A DNA stretch of 64,000 nt from Octopus sinensis (taxonomy: Eukaryota). The notes under the pieces were generated by a model. The model saw only the letters and a program-made list of their open reading frames with translations. It had not been told where the DNA came from and made no database searches. The position numbers and the translations under genes were made by a program. The DNA lies in assembly GCF_006345805.1 (NCBI RefSeq), contig NC_042998.1:65968001-66032000 (forward strand), in the 5' to 3' direction. Below, piece by piece: positions 37,330 through 49,827 of the stretch; position 1 is the first letter of the stretch; every line of letters begins with the position of its first letter.

Positions 37330-38283
37330 TATAAATATATATTTATTCAAACCGGTTTTCGTCATAGTTTGACTTATCAAGAATAGTTAGGTGAAAAGGA
37401 TTTTTAAAAATGAGAAAGGGGAAAAAAAGTTGCATTGTTTTTTGCAAAAGAATAATAGTAGTAAATATGTATAAAAATTAAAAAATAAGTACTCCGATAC
37501 ATTGTGAGTTCGTTGTATATCTTGAGTTTAATGATTGTTCATGAAAAAATTACCTTGAGGTATTAGGATCCAATGGGATTAAGGCCATGTGTTGTTTGGT
37601 TTAATTTAGGATGTTGGCAAAACAGGAAGTAGTAGTAATTGTGGTTCTTCAGTTCCTGTGTTGTGAATAAGGGGAGACAACTCTTTTGAGTTCTTCAATA
37701 TAAGCTGCTGATAAACCCCAAATTATAAAATTGTCATTTTAGCTTCATTTGCATTATCTTTTTTTATATAATTGTTTGTTAATTTAACTTTCAGATTTTA
37801 ACACTTTATTTATATTATTCTAATTATATAAATTTGCATAGACAATTGCATTTCAGATTGTTATATCATAAATAATAAAGATGATGGTAATAACAACAAT
37901 AGTAAAAATGATATTTAAAGAGTATAAGTTTTTGCTTGAAGTGATGAATCTATGGTATCGTTATATATTTGTGTGAGTCCATCCATGAAGAATGAGGTAG
38001 AAAAGGGAAGTTTGATCAACGAGGAGTTTGTATATTAAGTTGTGTTTGGAATTTTTCAAGAAAGAGATTCTCCTTGTTAATTCTCTCCTGTGTGGTGATG
38101 CCGTCTTTACATTGGTAGAAGGGGAATATATAGAATTTGGGGTTTAAGTCTTTAGCGCATGAGTCTATGTGGCCACTCAGTGGAATTTGTCGGTATTCCG
38201 GGAGATTTATTTGTTCTTTATGCACCGCTAATCGTTTACGTAACGGGAGACTCGTTTGTCTAACATACTTATGTTGGCAACCA

Positions 38284-38290
<7 letters not shown>
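37330..38290 (-). mobile_element. Penelope-like element fragment(s): GIY-YIG and terminus
   Basis: 38290-38016 CAGCQHKYVRQTSLPLRKRLAVHKEQI...RQIPLSGHIDSC...KFQTQLN; hammerhead fold at the far end. Confidence 0.85.
37344..37385 (-). ncRNA. Minimal type-I hammerhead ribozyme fold with U3:A8 core
   Basis: Minus strand TATTC-TTGATAA-GTCA.AACTA.TGAC-GAAA-ACCGGT-T-T-GAATA. Stem I is 5 bp, stem II is 4 bp, helix III is palindromic (AACCGGTT), and the predicted NUH site is UUU. Confidence 0.7.
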
Positions 38291-38337
<47 letters not shown>

Positions 38338-39582
38338 ACATACAAGTACACGGCAGACTTTTTTTCAGTTTCCATCTACTAAATCCACTCACAAGGCTTT
38401 GGTCGGACCGAACCTATAGTAGAAGATACTTGCTAAGTTGCCACGCAGTTGGACTGATCCCGAAACCATTTGGTTGGTAAGGAAGCTTCTTACCACACAG
38501 CCACTCCTATGCCTATGCGAAATAATGTGCTGATTTCATAAACTCTAAAAGTGCAAATTATAAGGTTTATGGGTTGTTAATTCGCAATTTTACAGCCTAT
38601 TTGTTGTTCTATCAAAACTGGTGCTGATTAGCGTTCTTCGCCAGTTCAGTGACGTATATATATCTGCATTTAGTTTGTAAAATTGCGAATAAGTCATTAT
38701 TTATAATTTCCACTTTTACCGTTTATAAAATCAGTGTATAATTTCAAATCTGCGCATGATTTCAGATTAGCGAGAACATAGCTATTTAATTTCAGACGTG
38801 GTATTACTAGCATTGGGATACTGTGGAGTGCTGTTGCTAAATCGCTTTTTTAATCTACGCGCATCTAGAAGGATACGAATATACATAAATATAAAAATGT
38901 TATTAACACTGCGTTGTGAAGAGTAAAAGACTTTGCAGTGAAGGCCATTAGTGTTGTATATAATGTCGTGATTTCTTTCCGATGTTTCGACAGACATATA
39001 TCTATTTGTATATTTATTTAGAATTCATTAAACCTTTAACAACGGATATCATCAACTGACGTGTCAAGCACTTTCCCTGCAGACAGCTATCATTAATTTC
39101 TAACTAAGCATCTACTTAGTCAAACGCGCCTTAGCAAAAGCGGCCCTTATCTATAGGATAAATTAAATTGTAAAACAGATGATTACAACAGCGAAGAAGA
39201 GATCATTTTCATTCTTCATCAGTTGAAGTACATATTGCTGCTGCTGCTGATGCGGATCATGATGATGACCACGACGGCGATGAAAAGGATGCAACAAAAA
39301 CGACGACGACAACACTTTAGATAACCCAGAGCAATGCGATGATCTACATTGCTCTGGATGGAAATGTGCACAGATTCTACTGCATTTTACTGGAGGGGGA
39401 CAAAATCTTGCACAGAAAACGACAGACAAAGTCACCACTGCATATTTTAAGCGCCTCAATATTCTCTTGAAATCGAAGCTCAACTCAAGGAATTTTCTTC
39501 AAGTCAAGTAGTCTATTCTGCTCAAAAGGTCCCTAAATAAGAGTTATTTAATGATGATGAATGTTTAATGATATGAGCTGTT

Positions 39583-40142
39583 GCTGTAGTCCGCGATACA
39601 CTGGAAAAGGTAATGCTGCTGTAGTTCGCTATACACTGGAAAAGGTAATGGACGAAAAGGGAAGGCAAAAATCCACTGCGACTTTGCTTTCCAGACAGAC
39701 AAAGTGTTAGAGCACCGAAGGCTGGATATAGTAACTGTTAGGAGGGACAAACAGGAGTGTCTAATCATTGACGTAGGGCTGGGAGGTAATCAATACATCA
39801 TCATGTAAGAAAGGGAAAAAGTTGATAAATATGGAGACCTGAGAACTGATATCGTAAAGATGTGGCAGCTACGATAGCCGAACTTAAAGTTTATCCCTAT
39901 TTTCATCGAAGTATTGGGTTCAATAACACCCAATCTGAAAAAAAAAAATCATCTGAAAACATTAGAAATACCTTACAGTCTAGATATATTGTAAAAGTCG
40001 GCATTACGTGGAACTGCGCGCACATTGCGTAAAGTACTCTCTGTCGGAGGTCTTTGTTGCGACTTTCCAAACATTACAAACCCCAGGGTAGACACAATGT
40101 CTTCAATCAACAATCTCACGATATTGTATAATGTGCGACGTT

Positions 40143-40143
<1 letters not shown>
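39583..40143 (+). mobile_element. R4/Dong-clade 3' fragment (restriction-like endonuclease domain) ending in (TAA)n
   Basis: KIHCDFAFQTDKVLEHRRLDIV...LIIDV...EKVDKYGDLR...KSALRGTARTLRKVLS. Confidence 0.9.
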
Positions 40144-40205
<62 letters not shown>

Positions 40206-40285
40206 AAGGAGGAGGAGAAAAAGGAGGAGGAGGAGGAGGAGAAGAAGGAAAAGAAAAAGAAGAAGAAGAAGAAGAAGAAGAAGAA
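40143..40285. repeat. (AAT)/(AAG)/(GAG) microsatellite
   Basis: Direct reading. Confidence 0.95.
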
Positions 40286-40288
40286 TAT

Positions 40289-40550
40289 AAGTGACAAAAA
40301 TCGTGTTAACTAGAACGAAAGTGCAAACATCGCGTTCACTGGAACGAAAGTGCAAAACGTGTTCACTGGAACAAAAGTGCAAAACATCCTTTTAACTGGA
40401 ACGAAAGTGGTAGAATAACAGTGTTACTGGAACGAAAATGCAAAAAATCGTGTTAACTGGAACGAAAGCACAAAAGTCGTGTTAACTGGAACGAAAGTGC
40501 AAAAATCGTGTTAACTGGAACGAAAGTGCAAAAAGTGTTAAATGGAACGA
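40289..40550. repeat. Minisatellite, 9 units of about 29 bp
   Basis: Consensus AAAGTGCAAAAATCGTGTTAACTGGAACG. Confidence 0.9.
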
Positions 40551-41092
40551 CTCATGTACTGTGAAGAGCATTATCGCTGTGAAAACAACATCCATTCATG
40601 AATTTATTTATTTATTATTTTTTTTAATACATATTTTACATGTGAATTTGCGTGTGTAATCTGGGAATGCATACAATGAGCTTCTCTGCCCTGGGTGTAC
40701 GGAAATAATGATAATAATAATGATGAAGTGAAGACTATATACATAGTGCGTGAGTTTAATTGTCTGAATATAATCATCACAACACAATGAACATGTTACT
40801 TATCGGAACGAATAGTGGCAAGTGAATATTGCAGCTTTGCTAGATTTCCAAGTTTTTTCCCTAAATAGCAGACTACAGATGTATGTGGTAGTCCCCCAAT
40901 CTATGCAGGTGCCAAAATGGCTATACTTAGAATGTACAAATGCAACAAAGGTAATAATTTAAGTTGTATCAAAATTAAGTATTATATAATATCTTAAAAT
41001 AGAAATGAATGAAAACAATCATAAAGATTTGTTTTCCAAAATTTTGGCCGATGATTCCTACAAGATATAAATTACAAACCAAAAAAAAAAAA

Positions 41093-41302
41093 TGTTTTAC
41101 TTGTTTCAGTCATTGGACTGGCGCCATATATACATATATACTCACGACGGGCTTCTTTCAGTTTCTGTCTACCAAATCCTCTCACAAGACTTTGGTCGGC
41201 TCGAGGCTCTAATAGAAGACACTTAGCCAAGTTGCCACGCAGTGAGACTGAACCAGCAACCAGGTAGTTGGGATGCAAGCTTCTTACCATACAGCAACTG
41301 CT
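41093..41302 (-). mobile_element. SINE family B, internally deleted (head half fused to terminal tail)
   Basis: Head and body are followed directly by ccagtccaatgactgaaacaagtaaaac. Confidence 0.8.
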
Positions 41303-41445
41303 AATAATTAAACTTTAAAAGAACATAACAAAAGAAGAGAGAACAAAGAAACATGTGAGAAAAGAGTAGGTTAAAAACGGTATTTAAAAAATGGTATCCA
41401 TTGCAGTTATGGGTAACTAAATACAAAGTGCTTACAAGGCATAAA

Positions 41446-42028
41446 TATTCTTTTCTACTCTAGGCACATTGCCTAAAATTTTGAGGGAGAGGCCAGTCGA
41501 TTAGATCGACCCCAGTACGCAAATGGTACTTAATTTATCGACATCGAAAAGACGAAAGGCAAAGTCGACCTCGGCAGAATTTGAACTCAGAACGTAAAGA
41601 CAGACGAAATACCTATTTCATTACTACCCACAATGGGCCGAACATAGAGTGGACAAACAAGGACAGACAAAGGGATTAAGTCGACTATATCGACCCCAGT
41701 GCGTAAATGGTACTTAATTTATCGACCCTGAAATGATGAAAAGCAAAGTCGACCTCGGCGGAATTTGAACTCACAACGTAACGGCAGACAAAATACCTAT
41801 TTCTTTACTACCCACAAGGGGCTAAACACAGAGAGGACAAACAAGGACAGACAAACGGATTAAGCGGATTACGTCGACCACAGTGCGTAACTGGTACTTA
41901 ATTTATCGACTCCGAAAGGATGAAAAACAAAGTCGACCTCGGCGGAATTTGAACTCAGAACATAACGGAGGACGGAATATGGCTACGCATTTCGCCCGGC
42001 GTGCTAACGTTTCTGCCAGCTCGCCGCC
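41446..42028 (-). mobile_element. SINE family A trimer (one head, three bodies, 184-bp period)
   Basis: Head at 42028; junctions aaatac at 41791-41796 and 41607-41612; two long tails followed by one short tail. Confidence 0.9.
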
Positions 42029-42569
42029 TTTAAAAGGCATGAATATTAGATTATAATGTTTCACACGGCTGGTTTTTTCAGACAAGTTTACATACACGCA
42101 TACGCTCCCATACACATTCTCACACACAAGCGAGCGGGTATATCAATTGTTTTTCGTCTTAAATAAATTAATACATACACATATCTCTGTAAAAAGAAAC
42201 ACGCATCACATTCGCACACATGTATGCACACACTCACACATATATACACACACCTACACACACATGCACACACGCACACACATATGTATATCCACACAGG
42301 CAGATATACACAACCTTTTTCACCTAGACTTTCATTAACGTTGCTTTGTCTGTACTCCAATCAGTACGCCATATTGTGAATGTATCTGAAAGTTCCACAT
42401 TTTTGTCTCAACACGTTATTTTCTGTTTGTATAGAATGATTTTCTCTGCGAGTGCTTTCATTTCATTTCATTAAATGTAAAAATTCATTTATAACAAATT
42501 TAGCTACCATGATATTCAATTTGTGATGATTAAGTTACGTTATTGACACCGATTGAAAAAAAAACTATT

Positions 42570-43000
42570 TTATAGGGTTGCGCGTTATACGGGGTTTCGG
42601 TTTGAATACATTCTAATAAAATACAGCTATATTTGGTGACCGTATATTTTTGCAACGAATTTCTGATACTTCTATTTAGAAATGTAGCATTTCCAAGATC
42701 GTGTGTCCTTTAACAAGTGGAAAACGTATCAGCAGTATTATCAGAATGAAATCGATGCAGAATTATATGCTGCTGCAAAATCTGTTTCGGGTTGCATAAG
42801 AAAACACTTTAATTTTGATTTCTACGATGTGAGATTAAAGAAGAGGGGATACCACTATGAAATCCTCTGTAAGACTGGAACTTGCAGGCAAGTGTTGGCT
42901 TCCAACGCAGAGGAGTTTAATGTCACCTATAAACAGAGTGGTGGATTCGAGTGCTTATTGTCTGGAGGACTAATGGGCAGTATGCAGATTTAATAATAGA
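42570..43000 (+). mobile_element. Possible pogo/Tigger-like relic
   Basis: Upstream ggttgcgcgttatac subterminal-like motif and weak CENP-B-like similarity across frames; not decisive. Confidence 0.25.
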
Positions 43001-44430
43001 AAGTATTGTTTATGGAGTTACAGAGATTTTTATGAAATTATCATTAAAGTTCTTATGAAAGGCAGTAACATTTAATATATCGCATTTGCTACGGTTTATG
43101 CCAATACTAAAACATTCTATATACCTTGTTAAATATATAGCAAAACTGTTTTAATATGAGTGGTAAAACGTATGAGAATATTTCAGCTGCTAATGTTTTG
43201 AAGTTTGTCATTCGATTGCATCACTTGAGGCAGTATCAGGAACGTTTAGCTTGTTCCTGAAGTGTTGTGTATATAGATGTTGCAACGTACGTTTGCTCGT
43301 TCAGAAATATAGACACAATGCAACTAAATTCATGCTCAATTTTTTATGTCTCTTCTAACGTTAACATCCCCATAATTTAACGAGCGCTAAATATATATAT
43401 GAAGACCTAAGAGAGGATAATGGAGTTGAATGGATATATGTACAACTGTGGTAAAATTCATGATAAATATAACTAAGTTATATATGTTACAAGTGTAAAT
43501 GTGCCTTCTCATATATACTGGATTTAATAGATGCCATGGAAAATTTACTGATTTCAAAGCACCACTGTTGGTAAAAAGTGTTGGCTTGACCAGTAAAAAG
43601 TGACCATCGACCAGGTTATGAAACCGAAACCCCTGCAGATGACTTTGCCAATAAGATTAAATCAATCTGCTTTGGCTCTTCTCTATAGGCTTCGAAGACG
43701 TTTCACACAATTATTTGACACTGTCCAAGAAATAACTTACGTTATATATCCTTATCGCTAAAAAAAGAACAAGAATTACTTGTGAAGTAGCAACCTTATA
43801 CATAATAAACTACTTTCCAGTAGCTTTGTCGTAACTTACAAAAACATAAATAAAGACACAACCTCATAAGGAAATCATAACGGAAGTGAAGAGTCACTCT
43901 ACTTGACTGAAGATATTAATGAGAGATTACCGTGACACGGCATGTGCCTTACTTAACTTTATCTCTAAGTTCCACAAATCCAATATGCTTTCCAATCTTG
44001 ACACTTCTAAATTTATAGTGGTTTAGTAAGTAATGACATATACAATGCATTTAATTCGTCATCAGAAGTGCCGCTGGATTAGTTGAACGGAAATGCAGTG
44101 CTAAGAGGTTCATAAATGTATATATATATATAATAAAAACCTGAGCGAAATATAAACAGTAGCTGCAAAGATGTTGTTCAGCTGCCGTTTATAACTCACT
44201 CAGAGACTTATTATTGCTTGTTTAAACTTTTTCGAGATCTGTGACATTTCGTCACTGGAAAAAGGATATATATATTAGCATCGAGAACCAAGGCTTTCCT
44301 TTGCAAATACTGATAGGGCACAGAAAGTGTTTCAATAGCCATCTGGAAGAGGTATCCTTCTAGGGCTACAAGCTATAGCAGCACCCACCCTTAAGGATTA
44401 GCCACATTTAAGGGGCAAATATACATCCCG

Positions 44431-44460
<30 letters not shown>

Positions 44461-44461
<1 letters not shown>

Positions 44462-44876
44462 TCCTGTGAATTGGTAAACGGTATAGGAATTGTGTTCCAT
44501 TATGACAACGCTAGACCACACACGTATTTGTTAACTCGTGAAAAAGTATTGGAACTTCGTTGGGAATTGAGGTGACATCCACAATATAGCCCTAACCTTG
44601 CACTCTCAGTTTGCCATTTATTTCGATGCTTGCAAATTTCTTTGAATGGTAAAACTTGCAATAATGATGATGATTTGAAATCGCATTTGGTACAGTTTTG
44701 GGCTGAGAAGGGCCAGAAGTTCTATGGGTGCAGAATCAGGAAGTTGTCAGAACGACGATGAAGAGTCATTGAAGAAAATGGAAAATATATAATTGATTAA
44801 AGTTAATTCTTTGTACGGAAAAAATTACTTTTATTTCACACTAAAAAGCCGAAATTACATTCTAAGTAACCCAATA
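44461..44876 (+). mobile_element. Mariner 3' half with right TIR
   Basis: GIVFHYDNARPHT...HPQYSPNLA...CHLFRCLQ...NGKYIID* (stop 44800); ends aagtaacccaa-TA. Confidence 0.9.
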
Positions 44877-44969
44877 TATGTATATATTTATAAATATATA
44901 TCTATGTGTGTGTACGCGCGTGCGTGTGTGTGTGTACGCGCGTGCGTGTGTGTGTGTATGAGTGTATGC

Positions 44970-46460
44970 GTGTGTGTATGATGCATTACCTCTCGTGAAC
45001 GACAGATCACGTTTCAGTAAAATAAAAGAAAATATAGCGGTAATCATGCTGTATAGGCACATATTCGTCTCTCTTATGGCCTGCTCGTGCCGTGCAATCC
45101 GTTTGGCATGTTGAACAAGTTGAGGATTAAATATCTCCGAGGGCTTGTGGAACATTTACTACGTGTTTTCCGAGTGGACGCGATTTGTTTCGAATCTACT
45201 GCACCTCCTCAAGAATGTATTCTACAAGTGAACAATCGTCTGTGAATAGCATATCTCGGATTATTTGCATCAATGACGCAGTGTTTTTATACTTTTTGTG
45301 CTTTGAAGTCCTGTTGGCTGAACAACAACATCGGCCCTATACTCAAGCTTTACTCTTTCTTTAACACACTTGAATGCTATTTCCAGCGTGACGGAGAATT
45401 ACAAAGCAACTAAAAGCAGTGTAAGAACAAACTTTTTCGTCCAATTATAGACAGGGAAAGGTGGCGAGCTGGCAGAAACGTTAACACGCCAGGCGAAATA
45501 CATAGCGCTACTTCGTCTGCCGTTACGTTCTGAGTTCAAATTCCGCCGAGGTCGACTTTGCCTTTCATCCTTTCGTGGTCGATTAAATAAGTACCTGTTA
45601 TACACTGGGGTCAATGTAATCGACTTAATCCCTGATATCCCATTGTTTCATGATGACGTCCCATTCATGAGCTATTCGTGGTCTTTTTACCTCAACATTT
45701 GATGAAGCAGCAGATTGACGACAGTCCTCTGTGGTAGGTTCTTCATCAAAATTTGAGTTGAAATTCAGAACATTTGAAAAAATACCCTTCCCAGCTCTTC
45801 GTGGTCTGTTTTTGCCAGTCAGTCTATGGAGTACATTCAATGGAAAGTACCGGTGTTGAGTCATAACACAAAGTCCAAAAACACCCTTAAAATTCTGATG
45901 GAATGACTTAATTTCAAATCCACCCGGATCATCTTGAAATTGGGCATTCCTTTGCCACCATGACAGTTTCATTTGTCTCAGTTCTGATTGGCATGGATTT
46001 CTGGTAATCTTTAAACGCGTTGCGTTTTGTGGCTTTATTCTTTTCATTTGACATCTATTGACGTTGGCACTTATGTATATTGTTCAAAAGAAGACAACTA
46101 CTTGGAACATTTGGGTCGAACCAATCTTGGTGCTTCCTCTTAACATTCCTGAGTGTTTCACAAGATGACCCAAAACAGTATTTTTAAAAGAAGTCCCCAC
46201 TGTTTCAACATCTGTGTTGCAAGTTTGATGTTACAAGTTGCAGGTTGTTGTATATATACATCAATCAAATGTAAGACTAGAACAACGTAAGCGTAAATCA
46301 AATAAAACACAGCATACGAAAAATAGGCGATAATATAACGAACGGCTAACAAGACTGATATAAGGTACACGGACCATTCGCTGAGGATTTCCTCTGCAGT
46401 CGGTTTCTGGAAAGACATTAATTTTGCAACCCTCTGTACCGAGACTATTTGAATCAAGCA
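44970..46460 (-). mobile_element. RTE (BovB-like) LINE fragments: linker region and RT core, internally deleted and interrupted by a SINE
   Basis: KRKHQDWFDPN, ELRQMKLSWWQRNA...KGVFG (linker); VKLEYR...RDMLFTDDCSLV (FADD motif region). Confidence 0.8.
45459..45632 (+). mobile_element. SINE family A
   Basis: aggtggcgagctggcagaaacgttaac...ctgagttcaaattccgccgaggtcgac. Confidence 0.9.
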
Positions 46461-46624
46461 GGAGCCAGGGAGTTAAGCGAAATTAAACCGCTGGGAAAAG
46501 CAAACGAATGTATACAAGAATAAAACAAGAACGGAAAAAAAACGAGAAAGCTAGAATTATAAATAATGGTCATTATTTGCTCAGCTGAGCAGGTGTAAAC
46601 TGCGACTGGTAAAAATGAACAATT

Positions 46625-46628
<4 letters not shown>

Positions 46629-46700
<72 letters not shown>
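46629..46700. repeat. (TA)n microsatellite
   Basis: Direct reading. Confidence 0.95.
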
Positions 46701-46705
<5 letters not shown>

Positions 46706-47537
46706 TTATGAGCGTCTTGCCAGTGTGTTTTTGCGCGTGTGTGATCGTACGTGTTTGAGTGTGGGGAGGGGTGCACATTGTGGGCCTGTGTGCGGGCGTT
46801 TGTGATTATTATCAGTAACATAAACAGTTTTCGAAATCAGAAGTAACACGGCGTTAATATAATTTGATATAGAATTTCCTATGCAAATGAAAACTTCAAT
46901 TTGTGTGCGCCATTATATGATTCGGTGTTATTCTACATAATATTTCATAGACATATGTTCTGTACTTCAATATGTATTTTGGCAAAGAGCCATAAATTCA
47001 AATGCTTTACAGGGAGACTGAATCAAAACACTATACACACACTAGCACACACGCCCACGCACATACACACACAATTACACACAACCACTTATGTACATGT
47101 ATATATGTATGTAAATTTATAAACACATTTACATCCTTACGTACATATGCATACATATATCTAGGTATTACAATATTTATTGCAAGGCAGATATAATTCC
47201 CTTGTTGGAAAGAAAAAACTTTCTTATCCAAATATTGTTATATAATGTTATATATGTTTATCTTTCTATTTAATAATTCATTATTAAAGGGAAAACAGAG
47301 CGGCCATCATCAAATGAAAATGTTTGGGATTTGTTGAAATTAAACATGCAGCTAATGGACCAAGTTATTATGAAATTCTTAGTTATAGGTTTCATGAATA
47401 AATAATGACGCATGAATATGCTTAAAAATGAGAATATTCCAATATAGAATTCACATTTCAAATGTATATATATATATAGTCAGTTACACACTCACACAAA
47501 AGTCATATACATACATACACACACATATATGTGTATG

Positions 47538-47613
<76 letters not shown>

Positions 47614-47794
47614 AGAGAGATCGCTAGCCACTACACATTCTTTATTTTCTCTTCTTTCTTTCTGTGTTCTTTTCTTTAGAAGAGTGGAGGCTCGAAATTT
47701 TAAAGGCTTTTTCACTTCTCGAGAATTATACAAATACATCTGTTTGTTGCGTACAACACTTGTCTCCATCGTTTGATTTTTTTGTGAATTTTCG

Positions 47795-47856
<62 letters not shown>

Positions 47857-49066
47857 TATATATATATAGACACAGGTAAAATAACAAAGGTGGCTGGACG
47901 CAATATAAAACTAGAGGGGAAAAATTCATTTATCACTAATAATGACTGTGTAGGGTAAACAACTACATTGATAGAGACAAGAGTCAATGATTCCTATAAC
48001 AACAAAAAGCACATTCTATGCACTGACAGGGGTGATAACCGCCCCAAAGTAAGCGTCTTTACTATACTCGCAAGATTGATTCGCTTGGAATTAGAGCTCG
48101 TCAGTAGTTAATACTACATCGGTGATTGTTAAGTTAAATCCTACCAGTCAGTATATAGCATAAATCAATGGCTGATTCAGCAAAATGTTAAGTTTTCATG
48201 TGTGTGCGTGTATTTGTGTGTATGTGTGTACGTGTTCGTGTGCCTGTGTATGTATATATGTTTGTATGTGTGTCCTGTGTGTGTGTGAAAATTATAAAAT
48301 AACGAAGGCAGCTAGAGACAATACAACACCAGATTGGAAGAATTCAGCTGTTTCTAATAGTGACTTAGGGTGCAGATAGCACCTACATAACTAGAAACGA
48401 GAGTTAAATCCCCTTAGATCGACAAAATTACATTCTATGACTATACTAGCAAGCCAGTTTCGCTTGGAATTAGCAAGATTATTTTTAGTCAGGTGTACTA
48501 ACAGAGAGCTTATAAAGTATTTTGTTCGGATTGATAAAAATATTGCTGGTAATATTATCTCTAAATATATTCTATTGAAATTTTTTCCAGTACTGATTTC
48601 TTTACGGCGTTTCGAAATTGAGGCTTTAGATATAAAAGAACAATGAAATTGAAGGTGAGAGAATAGTAATGGACGTATATACAATATGTCAGGAGATTTT
48701 GCTCCTTCTTCGGCACCCATCTAAACCCTTAATCAGCCACAAACACATCGCTTAACTAGCCACTAAATACAGCAGAGTAACGTTATTCGATATATAAGTT
48801 TTAAATATCGAGCACTCCTGGAAGCTGGTAAATATTAATGACATTGGGACGCGGAATTTTATGCAAACATGATATATTATGGAATGTATTAAGTGTTATT
48901 ATAAGTGACAACAGTGTTCTACAATGTTACACTGTGGTTTATATTACCTGTTGAGGTTATCTACACGACATGAGGACTAATGGAGACAGCTGTAAGTCAA
49001 ATTTACTACAATAAAGGAAAATATGTATTGACCATTATTTTTCCTTGTCTTGTATATATACATGTT

Positions 49067-49139
<73 letters not shown>

Positions 49140-49795
49140 CATACACACACACATAGGTGATGTGTGAGTGTGTGTGTATTGGAAAATGTGTGAGATCCTT
49201 GGTACAGTTGGGAATATTTGAAAAAAGAAAATATAATTACTTCACCGGTAGTTCTAATCAGTTTAATTTAATTCTAAAAAATTTAATAATATAAAATTTA
49301 ATTCATAGATCTAGTAAGTTCTGTGTTAACTTGGATGTGGAAGGTTTGGTTTGCAAGATTCTATAAGTGAGTTCGTGTGTTGAAGCATACTTTTTTTGTC
49401 TAAGGAAATCCATTCTTTTTTAGTGCTTCATTATTTAATGGACTCACCGGTAAAATTTTCACACATTTACTTATTTATTTTTCCTAAAATTTTCGTTGCG
49501 TTTTGCAACTTTTTCAATAGGCCGGACAGAGTCAACGACGATTGTAAAGTTGCACGACGCAACAGAACTTTTAGGAAAAATAAATAACTAAATGAGTTGA
49601 AACTTTACTGGTGTGTGTGTTATATAATAAGGCACTAAAAGAGAATGACCTCCCTCCCCAGACACAATATATATATATAAAGGGGATGCGTTTATTTCTT
49701 ATTCCTAACATTCCTTTTCTAACATCCCTACTTCTTCTCTCCCTCTCTATCGTCTTCTCACACTTAATTGTAGATTTTCTCCCTTTCTTTCCCTG

Positions 49796-49827
<32 letters not shown>

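Larger units (their letters stand above)
36933..38514 (-). mobile_element. SINE family B split by a Penelope-like insertion (tail half 36933-37135; head half 38350-38514)
   Basis: Both halves are recognisable and in order; the intervening 1.2 kb starts and ends in the (TA)n hinge. Confidence 0.75.

Noticed and set aside
36150-38760. Related inverted segments at 36350-36480 and 38580-38760
   Set aside because: They look like decayed copies of a small non-autonomous DNA element; the ends could not be defined
40289-40550. CRISPR-like array
   Set aside because: The linkers are short degenerate versions of each other, not unique spacers; there are no cas genes and the context is eukaryotic
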